Positions 10,189 to 19,253 of a DNA stretch of 64,000 nt are shown here, in pieces; the stretch's first letter is position 1; every line of letters begins with the position of its first letter. The notes beneath the pieces are model-generated. The model was given only the letters and a program-made list of their open reading frames with translations. It ran no database searches and was not told the origin of the DNA. A program made the translations under genes and the position numbers. Origin of the DNA: an uncultured Candidatus Rokubacteria bacterium (lineage in GTDB: Bacteria; Methylomirabilota; Methylomirabilia; Rokubacteriales; DASRDR01). Where the stretch lies: assembly GCA_963708025.1 (NCBI GenBank), contig CAVPSB010000014.1:352001-416000 (forward strand), given 5' to 3'.

Positions 10189-12072
10189 TCAGGCGCCGGC
10201 CGGAACCGGGACCTCCACCGCTAGCTCGGCGAGCTTGGCCTCGGTCGGGTGGCCCGTCTCCGGGTCCCAGCCGGCCATCTCGTAGTAGAGCCGACGGGCG
10301 GCCAGGAACTGCTCGGGGTCCACCCGCTCCCCCTTGAGGGCGCCGTTGCCGATCCCCTCGTGCATCCGCTGGGGGAGCACGTCGTCGGCGGGGGTGAAGC
10401 CCTCGCGGCAGTTGAACAGGCGCATGAGCGTGTTGGCGCGCTCGCCGACCTTGAGCATCTCGAAGATGCTCATGTTCCAGCCGGTCACGCTGTTGACGTA
10501 GCCCACCAGCTTCTCCAGTTCCAGCACGTTGAGCGGGGTGCCGACGAAGTCGCACATGCCGACCGAGTTGTAGAGGCTCCAGACCTGCTGGGTGAGGAAG
10601 AACGCGCGGACCTTGCGGGGCCCGAGGTCGAGCACCTTGACCGGCTCGATGAGCCCGAGCGGCCCGAGCGGGTGGCCCTGCGGGTGGAAGCCCTCGTAGA
10701 GCGGGTCGTGGGGCGCCTCCATGTGGTCGGCCCCGGTGGGGGAGAGCGCGTAGGCCAGGGCGAGCCCCTTCTTGCCCCGCGGGTCGTGCATCGGCAGCTC
10801 CTGCCCCTTGACGTGGAGGGCGAACCGCTCGGCGCCGCGCCCGAGCGTCTCCGCCGCGCGCTTGACGCCCTCGCCGAGGAGCCGGCCGATCCCCTCACGC
10901 CGGCCGATCAGGTGGGTCATCTGCTCGACCGCCTCGGCGTTCCCCCAGGTCAGCTCGATGCCGCCGGTGTCGGCCCGGGTGATGATGCCGTGCTCGTAGC
11001 ACTCCATCGCGAAGGCGATGGCCACGCCGGTCGAGATCGAGTCGAGGACGTACTGGGCCAGGAGCTGGTTGATCTTGGCCAGCGCCTTGAGGTCGCCGAC
11101 GCCGCAGAGGGAGCCGGAGGCCGCCAGCGACTCGTACTCGGGGCCGCCGTACTTCGGGATGACGCCCAGCTCGGGCACCGCCACCTCGCGCTTGCACGCC
11201 ACCGCGCAGGCGTAGCAGGTGCCGCGGTTGACGAGGATGGTCTCGGCCATCGTCTGGCCGCTGATGGCGCGGAAGTGCTCGAACGAGCCGTCGCGGAAAT
11301 TCCGGGTGGGCAGGATCCCGCTCGCCTCGAGCGAGGGGACGCCGCCGGCGGTGCCGTAGACGTGGAACCGGTCCTTGGATCGGTCGTGGTGCTCCTTGAA
11401 GAAGGTGAGGGCGGCCCGGGCGCCGTCCTTGTCCGCGGCCACCGGCGGCTTCGAGCCGCGCACGACGATGGCCTTGAGCCGCTTGGCGCCCATGACCGCG
11501 CCGAGCCCGCTGCGGCCGTGGAAGTGCTTGAGCTGGTTCACGATGGCGGCGAATCGGACGCCGCGCTCCCCGGCCACGCCGGTCTGGAGGACGCGAACCC
11601 GCTTGTCGCCCAGCTCCTTCTCGATGCCGTCCTGGACCTCGCCCGAGAGCTGGCCCCAGTAGCGGCTGGCGTCGCGGAACTCGACCTGGCCGTCCTTGAT
11701 CCAGAGGTACACGGGGCTGTCGGCTTGGCCGCGGACCGCGATCCCGTCGAAGCCGGCCGAGCGCAGCTCGGGGCCCCACCAGCCGCCCGCCTCGGCCTCG
11801 CCGTAGCCGCCGGTGAGCGGCGACTTGGCGGCGGCCGTGTAGCGGTTCGTGCCCGACAGCGACAGGCCGTTGATGATGCTCGTCATGAAGACCAGGATGT
11901 TGTCCGGGCCCAGCGGATCGACGCCCGGCGGCAGGTCCCGGAGCAGCAGCCAGCACGCCAGCGCGCCGCCGCCCAGGTGCTTCCGGTAGACGATCTCCGG
12001 GATCTCCTCGATCCGGGTCTGGCGGGTGGTGAGGTCCACGTGGAGCAGCTTGCCGCTCACGCCGGATGCCAT
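10189..12072 (-). CDS. aor: Aldehyde:ferredoxin oxidoreductase family protein (W/Mo-pterin)
   Basis: KSPLTG, GRSGLGAVMGAKRLKA, CYACAVAC, GPEYE, DSISTG, VKGQELPMHDPRG and GADH motifs. Confidence 0.92.
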   Translation of the reverse strand: MASGVSGKLLHVDLTTRQTRIEEIPEIVYRKHLGGGALACWLLLRDLPPGVDPLGPDNILVFMTSIINGLSLSGTNRYTAAAKSPLTGGYGEAEAGGWWGPELRSAGFDGIAVRGQADSPVYLWIKDGQVEFRDASRYWGQLSGEVQDGIEKELGDKRVRVLQTGVAGERGVRFAAIVNQLKHFHGRSGLGAVMGAKRLKAIVVRGSKPPVAADKDGARAALTFFKEHHDRSKDRFHVYGTAGGVPSLEASGILPTRNFRDGSFEHFRAISGQTMAETILVNRGTCYACAVACKREVAVPELGVIPKYGGPEYESLAASGSLCGVGDLKALAKINQLLAQYVLDSISTGVAIAFAMECYEHGIITRADTGGIELTWGNAEAVEQMTHLIGRREGIGRLLGEGVKRAAETLGRGAERFALHVKGQELPMHDPRGKKGLALAYALSPTGADHMEAPHDPLYEGFHPQGHPLGPLGLIEPVKVLDLGPRKVRAFFLTQQVWSLYNSVGMCDFVGTPLNVLELEKLVGYVNSVTGWNMSIFEMLKVGERANTLMRLFNCREGFTPADDVLPQRMHEGIGNGALKGERVDPEQFLAARRLYYEMAGWDPETGHPTEAKLAELAVEVPVPAGA

Positions 12073-12187
12073 CGGTGGGATCCTCCCTGACGTCAAGATA
12101 GTAACGACGCTCCTACGCTATCGGAAGCTCTGGGGGCCCGTCAAGCCGAGCAACCGGCGAATGCTACGCTTCCGGCCCACAAGTGCC

Positions 12188-12436
12188 TCACACCTCGAAC
12201 GACGAGCACGGTCGACCGCGCTGGGCCCGGATGGCCTTCGCCGCCGGCAATTGGACAGCGACGGGCGGTCGCTCGACAATCCGGCGCCGCAGGTAGGCGA
12301 GCGTGGGCCGCTCGACCACGCCCCGTACCTCCCGGAGGAGGTAGTCGGAGAGCGACAGGCCTTCCAGCGTCGCTCTGGCCTTCAGCCTGCGATGCAGATC
12401 CTCGGGCACGTGCCGGATCTGGATCATCCGGGCCAT
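12188..12436 (-). CDS. FitA/VapB-like ribbon-helix-helix antitoxin (orphan)
   Basis: MIQIRHVPEDLHRRLKARATLEGLSLSDYLL RHH signature. Confidence 0.8.
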   Translation of the reverse strand: MARMIQIRHVPEDLHRRLKARATLEGLSLSDYLLREVRGVVERPTLAYLRRRIVERPPVAVQLPAAKAIRAQRGRPCSSFEV

Positions 12437-12477
12437 GCCCTCACCGTAGGTGCCGGTGAAGCACGTGTCAAGCACGT
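12437..12477 (-). promoter_or_regulatory. Sigma70-type promoter with direct-repeat operator, leaderless geometry
   Basis: TTGACA (12466-12471), 17 nt, TACGGT (12443-12448), 6 nt, ATG. ACGTGCTT occurs twice, 11 bp apart, around the -35. Confidence 0.7.
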
Positions 12478-12508
12478 CCGCCTTCCGCTTCCGGCCTCCT
12501 GATCGAGG

Positions 12509-12640
12509 CTAGTTCGGCGGCGTCAGGTGGGTGCCCTTGCAGACCCATTCCGGCACCAGGCGGTAGCCGATCGCGCAGAGCCCGACCACGAGCCAGTACG
12601 CGACCAGGGCGACCAGGATGGCGGCCACGACATGGCGCAC
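12509..12640 (-). CDS. Small (43 aa) single-pass membrane protein
   Basis: Manual translation MRHVVAAILVALVAYWLVVGLCAIGYRLVPEWVCKGTHLTPPN with almost all G/C third positions. Start uncertain. Confidence 0.55.
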   Translation of the reverse strand: MRHVVAAILVALVAYWLVVGLCAIGYRLVPEWVCKGTHLTPPN

Positions 12641-12669
12641 CCTCCTGGACGCCCGCACGCGACGGTCGG

Positions 12670-14625
12670 CTAGACGGCGCGGCCGGCGCGGGTGCCGTCG
12701 AGGATGGCGTCGTGGATCCGCCGCGGGGAGACGGCGTCGCCGACGAGGCGCAGCTCGGGCACCTTCCCCTCGAGCTCGTGGTAGAGGGTGTCGTTGGCCT
12801 TGCCCCCGAACGCCAGCACGACGGTGTCGGCCTCGAGGACCGACTCGGCCCCCGAGAAGGTGTGGCGGACGCGGACCCCGTGGGGCAGGATCTCGGCGGC
12901 GACCGTCATGGGGGTCAGCGTGACCCCCTGGGCGAAGAGGCGCGCGTAGAGATCGGAGCGGATCCCCTCGTCGATGTCCTCGCCGACCATGAAGTAGCGC
13001 GTGACCACCGTGACCCGAACCCCTCGGCTGGCAAGGAAATCAGCCGTTGTCGGCGCGGCGAAGTGCCCGTCCTCGTCGACCACCACGCAGCGCGGCCCGG
13101 CGGCGACCCGCTCGGTCAGGATGTCCACCGCGGAGGCGACGTGGGGGAGCCGGGTGCCGGGGAGATCCGGCAGCCGCGGCGTCGCGCCGGTGGCCACGAT
13201 CACCGTCTCCGGCGACGCCGCCAGCACCTCGCGAGCCTCCGCCGCCGTGTTCAGCCACACCTCGACGCCGAGCTTCCGGACCTGGTCGGCCAGCCAGGTG
13301 GCGATGACCGCGTAGTCCTCGCGCTTCGGCGCTCGGGCCGCGGCCAGGACCTGGCCGCCGAGCCGGGAGGAGGCCTCGAAGAGGGTGACCCGGTGGCCGC
13401 GGATCGCCGCCACCCGGGCCGCCTCCAGGCCGGCCACCCCACCGCCCACGATCACGACGCGCCGGGGGTGGGCCGCCGGGCGGATGTCGGCCAGCTCGGC
13501 CTCCCGCCCGATCATCGGGTTCTGGACGCAGGTGATGGCCTTGCCCTGGCGGAGGCGGCCGATGCACCCCTCGCTGGCGCCCACGCAGACCCGGACGTCC
13601 TCGAGCCGCCCCTCCATCGCCTTCCGCGGCATCTCGGGGTCGGCGATCATCGCCCGCACCATCCCGACCAGGTCGCAGGTCCCGGCGGCCAGCGCCGCCT
13701 CGGCCTGCTCGGCGGTGACGATCCGGCCTGAGACGATGACCGGGACGCGGACGACCGCCCGGGTGGCGGCCGCCAGGTCGTTGTAGAGGCCGTGGGGGTG
13801 GTAGAGCGACGGGGTGACCATCGCCTCGTAGCGGAGGGTCTCGGTGCTGGAGCCGCTCACGGTGAAGTAGTCGACCATGCCGAGGGCGTCGATGCGGCGG
13901 GCGACCTCCAGTTGCTCCTCGGGGCCGAGGCCGCCCGGCACGAACTGGTCGGCGGTGTGGCGGACGCCGACGATGAAGTCGCGGCCGACCGCCTCCCGGA
14001 CGGCCCGCACGACCTCGAGGGCCAGCCGCAGCCGGTTGTCGAGGCTCCCGCCGTACTCGTCGGTGCGGTGGTTGGAGAGCGGCGAGAGGAAGTTCTCCAC
14101 GAGGTGGCCGCCGTAGAAGGGGAGGTCGCAGCCGTCGTAGCCGCCCCGCTTGAGGCGAACGGCCGCCGCCGCCCAGGCGTCGATCACCTCGCGGATCTCG
14201 GCCCGGGTCATGACGTGGGGCCACTCGCGGTGACGCTCCTCGCGCGTGGCGGAGGGCGCCCACAGCGGCACGCCGGAGTACCAGGAGTGGCCCCGGCGGC
14301 CGCGGTGCGAGATCTGGGAGAGGCAGAGGGCGCCGTGGCGGTGGATGGCCTCGCTCATCCGCTGGAACTGGGGAATGATCGAGTCGTCGTGGTTGTTGAC
14401 CTCGCCCCAGTCGTTGACCGAGGTCGGATGCACGCTGGAGGAGCCGAACATCATGACGACCGCGCAGCCCCCCTTCGCCTTCTCCTCGTGGTAGCGGATG
14501 TAGCGGTCGGTGAGGCCGCCCTTCTCGCCGAAGGCGGCGCCGTGGGGGGTCGAGACGATCCGGTTCTTCGCGGTGAAGGGCCCGAGCCGGATCGGGCTGA
14601 AGAGGTGCTTGAAGAGCGTCGGCAT
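12670..14625 (-). CDS. NADH:flavin oxidoreductase (OYE + FAD domain), N-methylproline/dimethylglycine demethylase (HpbA/DgcA)-like
   Basis: RYHEEKAKGG, YGGHLVENFLSP, RTDEYGGSLDNR, CVGAxxxC..C cluster motif, VGGGVAGLEAA. Confidence 0.85.
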   Translation of the reverse strand: MPTLFKHLFSPIRLGPFTAKNRIVSTPHGAAFGEKGGLTDRYIRYHEEKAKGGCAVVMMFGSSSVHPTSVNDWGEVNNHDDSIIPQFQRMSEAIHRHGALCLSQISHRGRRGHSWYSGVPLWAPSATREERHREWPHVMTRAEIREVIDAWAAAAVRLKRGGYDGCDLPFYGGHLVENFLSPLSNHRTDEYGGSLDNRLRLALEVVRAVREAVGRDFIVGVRHTADQFVPGGLGPEEQLEVARRIDALGMVDYFTVSGSSTETLRYEAMVTPSLYHPHGLYNDLAAATRAVVRVPVIVSGRIVTAEQAEAALAAGTCDLVGMVRAMIADPEMPRKAMEGRLEDVRVCVGASEGCIGRLRQGKAITCVQNPMIGREAELADIRPAAHPRRVVIVGGGVAGLEAARVAAIRGHRVTLFEASSRLGGQVLAAARAPKREDYAVIATWLADQVRKLGVEVWLNTAAEAREVLAASPETVIVATGATPRLPDLPGTRLPHVASAVDILTERVAAGPRCVVVDEDGHFAAPTTADFLASRGVRVTVVTRYFMVGEDIDEGIRSDLYARLFAQGVTLTPMTVAAEILPHGVRVRHTFSGAESVLEADTVVLAFGGKANDTLYHELEGKVPELRLVGDAVSPRRIHDAILDGTRAGRAV

Positions 14626-14629
14626 CGCG

Positions 14630-16150
14630 CTACTTCACCTTCGCATCGTAGAGGAACAGCATGTTGTCGATCCACGGGGTCCAGTCCAGGCGGCTCGAGA
14701 TCCCGAAGATGTGCGCCTGCTGGTAGGCCTTGATGATCGGCGCGTCCTCGTAGATCATCTCCTGGGCCTTGAAGTACAGCGCCTTCCGCTTCTCGGGGTC
14801 GTTCGACCCCTGAGCCTGCTCCAGGATCCGGTCGAGGTCCTCGTTCTTGTAGATGGCCAGCGCCGACTTCGAGTGGAGCGAGTTGACCAGCAGGTCGCCG
14901 TCGAAGATGCCGGCGCCGCCCCAGGCGGTCATGTAGGCGGGCAAGAGCTCCCGCTTCCGCCACTTGGTCGTGTAGATCGACTGCTCCCACACCTGCACGC
15001 TCGCCTTGATCCCCACCTTGCCGAGCATCGCGGCCATCGCCTGCATCACCTCGATGTCGTTCATGTACCGGCGGTTCGGCGCGTGGAGCGTCATCTCGAA
15101 GCCGTTCGGGAAGCCGGCCTCTTTCAAGAGAGCCTTGGCGCGCTCGGGGTCGTAGCCGTACCACTTCACGTTCGGGTTGAAGCCGAAGGCCTCCTTCTCG
15201 AGCGGGACCCCCAGGACCTGGCCGTAGCCCTCCAGCACCGTCTTGATGATGGTGTCCATGTCGATGGCGTAGTTGATCGCCTTGCGGACGCGGGCGTCCT
15301 GCCACGGCCCCGGCATCAGGTAGTTGGTCATCTTGACCATGATCACGAAGCCGCCCAGCGTGCTGACCTCGGTGCGGGCGACGCCGCTGGCCTTGATCTT
15401 TCCCACCTGGTCGGGCGGGATGTCGCTGACGAGGTCGGCCTGGCCGGAGAGCAGCGCCGCCACCCGGGTGGTGAGCTCGGGAACCGGGCGGAAGACCAGC
15501 CGCTCGATGGCGGCCGGGCCGCGGTGGTAGTCCTTGTAGGCTTCGAGCACGAGGCGGTCGTCCTTGATCCACTCCACGAGCTTGTAGGGCCCGGTGCCCA
15601 CCGGCTTCCGCGCGAACTCGGCGTCCCCGACCTGGGCGACGTATTTCGGCGGCAGGATGCCGACGGTGCCGCAGTGGCCGGGGCTCATCCGGACCGGCAG
15701 GAGCGGGAAGGGGGCCTTGGTGACGACGTTCACCGTGTAGGGGTTGACGATCTCGACGCGGTCGATGGTCGCGATGCTGGTCCGACCCGGCGCCGCCTGC
15801 TGGGGGTTGAGCATCCGCTCGATCGAGAACTTGACCGCGGTGGCGTCGAACGGCTCCCCGTTGTGGAACTTCACGTTGCGCCGGAGCTTGAACTGCCAGG
15901 TGGTGTCGTTCACGAGCCGCCACGACTCGGCCAGGTTCGCCTCGAGCTGGAGCGTCTTGAGGTTGCGGCGGAGGAGCGTGTCGAAGATCTGCCGGTCCGG
16001 CTCGTGGGCGTTCTTGTCGCAGTGCATGTGCCAGTCGAGGGTGCCGGCCTCCCCCGACTGGATCACGACCACCGGCTTCGGCTGGGCACCGGCCAGCGCG
16101 GGCGCCGACAGGAGGATCAGGAGGCTCACGAAGGTCGTCAGTCGTGCCAT
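14630..16150 (-). CDS. Dpp/Opp-type ABC transporter substrate-binding protein
   Basis: LAESW, LRRNVKFHNGEPF, PVGTGPYKL and DARVRKAI motifs; signal peptide from MARLTT. Confidence 0.92.
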   Translation of the reverse strand: MARLTTFVSLLILLSAPALAGAQPKPVVVIQSGEAGTLDWHMHCDKNAHEPDRQIFDTLLRRNLKTLQLEANLAESWRLVNDTTWQFKLRRNVKFHNGEPFDATAVKFSIERMLNPQQAAPGRTSIATIDRVEIVNPYTVNVVTKAPFPLLPVRMSPGHCGTVGILPPKYVAQVGDAEFARKPVGTGPYKLVEWIKDDRLVLEAYKDYHRGPAAIERLVFRPVPELTTRVAALLSGQADLVSDIPPDQVGKIKASGVARTEVSTLGGFVIMVKMTNYLMPGPWQDARVRKAINYAIDMDTIIKTVLEGYGQVLGVPLEKEAFGFNPNVKWYGYDPERAKALLKEAGFPNGFEMTLHAPNRRYMNDIEVMQAMAAMLGKVGIKASVQVWEQSIYTTKWRKRELLPAYMTAWGGAGIFDGDLLVNSLHSKSALAIYKNEDLDRILEQAQGSNDPEKRKALYFKAQEMIYEDAPIIKAYQQAHIFGISSRLDWTPWIDNMLFLYDAKVK

Positions 16151-16169
16151 GGGAGGTCTCCTCTCGAAT

Positions 16170-16285
16170 GTTCGGGACCTCCCGCCTCCCCCCCCAACCC
16201 CCCTCCCCCAGCCCATCGGACGGCCTTCGGCCTTTGGCGGGGGGGAGGGGGAGTCGGAGGCCCCGTTTGCTTCACACGCTCTCAG
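16170..16285. repeat. Family A palindromic element, copy 5 (19-mer insert at 16219-16237)
   Basis: Consensus ends plus GACGGCCTTCGGCCTTTGG in the loop. Confidence 0.85.
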
Positions 16286-17223
16286 AGCTGATCCACGGAC
16301 CGCCGCACCTGGAGGTAGGGGTCGAGCGCGTCGCGCAGCGCGTCGCCCAGGAGATTGATGGCCATGACGGTGACGAACAGGGCCGCCCCGGGGAAGAGGG
16401 CCAGCCAGTAGCGCGTGTTGACGAACTGCCGGCCCTCGGCCAGCATCCCGCCCCACGACGGGATGTGGAGCGGCACCCCGAGGCCGAGGAAGCTGAGCCC
16501 GGCCTCGGTGAGGATCGCGCCGGCCACGCCGAAGGTGGCGACCACGATCAGCGAGGCGCTGACGTTCGGCAGCACGTAGCGCCAGACGATGCGCCAGTCG
16601 GGCAGGCCGAGGGCCCGGGCGGCGTTGACGCAGGCGCGCTCGCGGAACGCGAGCGTCTCGGCCCGGACCACGCGGGCGTACGCCACCCAGTTGGCGAGGC
16701 CGACCACCAGGACGATGTTGCGGACGCTCGCCCCCAGGACCCCGATGACCGCGATGGCGAGCAGGATGAACGGGAAGGCGAACTGCATGTCGGCGAGCCG
16801 CATGATGAGCTGGTCGGCCAGCCCGCCGCGGAAGCCGGCGGCGAGCCCGAGGCTGGTGCCGACGACGCCGGCGACCGCCACCGCCGCCAGCCCGATGAGG
16901 ACGGAGGTCTTCGCGCTGTGGATGACCCGGCTCAGCACGTCGCGGCCGAGCTGGTCCGTGCCCAGGGCCGCCAGCGCGCCGGTCGCGGTCCGGGTGGCGG
17001 GCGGCGTGAAACGGGCCAGCAGCTCCTGGGCGTTCGGGTCGGCCGGGGCCAGGAGGCCGGGGACCAGGGCGCAGGCGGCGACCAGGAAAACCACCACGGC
17101 CCCGAACCGGGCGCCCGCCGACGCGAGGAAGACGCGGGTGCGCCGCCACGTCAGCCGGGGGAGGCGGACCCGCTCCCCGACCGGCGGCGAGGGCAGGGTG
17201 AGGGGGATCCCGGCCGGGGCCAT
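16282..17223 (-). CDS. Dpp/Opp-type ABC permease (DppC-like)
   Basis: LGTDQLGRD, AARALG, LSFLGLG..PSWG and NLLGDALRDALDP motifs. Confidence 0.92.
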   Translation of the reverse strand: MAPAGIPLTLPSPPVGERVRLPRLTWRRTRVFLASAGARFGAVVVFLVAACALVPGLLAPADPNAQELLARFTPPATRTATGALAALGTDQLGRDVLSRVIHSAKTSVLIGLAAVAVAGVVGTSLGLAAGFRGGLADQLIMRLADMQFAFPFILLAIAVIGVLGASVRNIVLVVGLANWVAYARVVRAETLAFRERACVNAARALGLPDWRIVWRYVLPNVSASLIVVATFGVAGAILTEAGLSFLGLGVPLHIPSWGGMLAEGRQFVNTRYWLALFPGAALFVTVMAINLLGDALRDALDPYLQVRRSVDQL

Positions 17224-18140
17224 CAGGCGAGCCGGACCCGCGGATCGAGCGCCATGTAGACGAGGTCGATCGCGAGGTTCAGGACGAGCAGCGCCGCGGC
17301 GACCGTGAAGACGACGGCCTGGATGAGCGGCACGTCCTTGTTCACCACCGCCTCGACCGCCAGCCGGCCGACCCCGGGGTAGGCGAAGACCGCCTCGGTG
17401 ATCACGGCGCCGCCGAGGAGGTTGCCCAGCTCCAGGCCCAGCGCGGTCACGATCGGGATGGCGCCGTTGCGGAGGGCGTGGCGGAGGACGGTCGCCCGCT
17501 CGCCCAGGCCCTTGGCCCGCGCGGTGCGCATGAAGTCCTGGTGGAGGACCTCCAGCATCGAGGAGCGGGTGATGCGAGCGGTGCGGGCCATCGCCCAGAC
17601 GCCGAGCGTCACGGCGGGCAGGACCAGCGTGAGCCAGCCCTCTCCCCCGTAGACCGGCACCCAGCGGAGGTTCACCGCGAACACGAGGATCAGCAGGATG
17701 CCGAGCCAGAACGTCGGCATGCACTGACCCGAGAGGGCGAACATCATGGCGCCGGCGTCGAGGAGGGAGTTCCGCCGGATGGCCGACAGGATGCCGAGCG
17801 GGACCGCCAGCAGGACGGCGATCAGCAGGGCGGCGCCGGCGAGCCGGAGGGTGGCGGGGAACCGGTCGATGACCATGGGGAGGGAGGATTCCCGGTGGCG
17901 CAGCGAGCGGCCGAAGTCGCCGTGCGCCGCCCGGACGAGGAACCGGCCGTACTGCTCGGGCAGCGGGCGATCGAACCCCATCGCGGCGCGGAGGATCTCG
18001 TAGTCCTGCTTGGTGCCCTCCGATCCCATGTAGAGCGCGGCCGGGTCGCCCGACAGGTGGACGACCAGGAAGACGGCGAGGGTGATCCCCACGAGGACCA
18101 CGAAGGCCCAGAGGATGCGCTGACAGAGGTAACGAGCCAT
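17223..18140 (-). CDS. Dpp/Opp-type ABC permease (DppB-like)
   Basis: GDFGRS, PTFWLG, RTARAKGL, HALRN and LDPRVR motifs. Confidence 0.93.
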   Translation of the reverse strand: MARYLCQRILWAFVVLVGITLAVFLVVHLSGDPAALYMGSEGTKQDYEILRAAMGFDRPLPEQYGRFLVRAAHGDFGRSLRHRESSLPMVIDRFPATLRLAGAALLIAVLLAVPLGILSAIRRNSLLDAGAMMFALSGQCMPTFWLGILLILVFAVNLRWVPVYGGEGWLTLVLPAVTLGVWAMARTARITRSSMLEVLHQDFMRTARAKGLGERATVLRHALRNGAIPIVTALGLELGNLLGGAVITEAVFAYPGVGRLAVEAVVNKDVPLIQAVVFTVAAALLVLNLAIDLVYMALDPRVRLA

Positions 18141-18236
18141 GGTCCCGAGGCGGCCCCATCACAGCACAGCCGTCCGGACGAGGCAAGCCGGGCGGGACGG
18201 AAGCGACGGCGTGTCGGTCGTGGCTTGCCATCCGCT

Positions 18237-18348
18237 CCCTCTCCCTCCCCTTGGGAGGGAGAGGGTTGGGGTGAGGGTGGGCCGCTGCGCTTCCCCCTCG
18301 CCCTGCCCCGCTCTAGGGGAGAGGGCAAGAGGGGATCGGGGGAGGTGA
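18237..18348. repeat. Cluster of family B-like palindromes
   Basis: CCCTCTCCCTCCC-CTT-GGGAGGGAGAGGG-TTGGGGTGAGGG followed by a second degenerate hairpin. Confidence 0.7.
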
Positions 18349-18371
18349 GCCGACGGGGCGGAGACCTCTCG

Positions 18372-19106
18372 CTACGGGAGCCGCACGGAGGCGCCGACGA
18401 TGGCGATGAGGCGCACGGCCGCAAAGGCCCGGATCACCAGCCACGACGGGTCGAACTCGAAGCGCCGCACGCTGAAGCGGGGCGCCCGCGGATGGGCGTG
18501 GTGGTTGTTGTGGAGGGACTCGCCGGCGGTCACCCAGGCCAGGATCCGCGAATTGTATGCCGTGTTGTTGCTGAAGTTCTGGGCGCCACGCCAGTGGCCG
18601 AGGCCGTTGATCAGCGGGGCCACGACGAACACGTAGAGCACGAAGTGCAGGAGGCCGGCGGCGAGGCCGCCCCAGACGCCGAGCGTCCAGCACAGCAGCG
18701 CAAACCCCAGGCCGATGCCGAGCCAGCCGTGCGAGAACAGCGCGCGGTCCAGCCGGTCTTCCGCAAGGTCCGGGGCGAACTGTTTCCGCGTCTCGGGCTT
18801 CCGCGCCTCGCGCGCGTAGTAGTAGACGTTCAAGAGCTGCACCCGCCAGAGGCCCAGGAGCCGGGGGCTGTGCGGGTCCCCGGGTCGATCGGTGAAGGTG
18901 TGGTGCTTGCGGTGGACGGCGACCCATTGCTGGCGCCGCTGGCCGGTGGTGATCCAGAGCAGCGCCCGGAAGAAGAGATCCATCACCGGGTGGATGCGGA
19001 GCGATCGGTGGGCGAGCGCCCGGTGGAGATAGATCGAGGTCGCGATGGTCGTGATCTCTGTGAGGGCGACGGCGACGAGCGGGACAGTCAGGATCAGCAT
19101 CGACAT
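18372..19106 (-). CDS. Fatty acid (delta-9 acyl-CoA-type) desaturase
   Basis: His boxes LHRALAH, HRKHH and HNNHH; DPHSP. Confidence 0.92.
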   Translation of the reverse strand: MSMLILTVPLVAVALTEITTIATSIYLHRALAHRSLRIHPVMDLFFRALLWITTGQRRQQWVAVHRKHHTFTDRPGDPHSPRLLGLWRVQLLNVYYYAREARKPETRKQFAPDLAEDRLDRALFSHGWLGIGLGFALLCWTLGVWGGLAAGLLHFVLYVFVVAPLINGLGHWRGAQNFSNNTAYNSRILAWVTAGESLHNNHHAHPRAPRFSVRRFEFDPSWLVIRAFAAVRLIAIVGASVRLP

Positions 19107-19253
19107 CCGGTTTCCTCGTGGTCAGAAGTGAAAGTGAGGTAGGCGGACATCGTGCCTACGGGGAAGGCGACTAAACGACTATACAGGAAAGACGCGGTCG
19201 ATGGCACTGATTTGTCAGGAGCCTCGGGGCCAGGCAAGGGTGCCGAGCCGATT

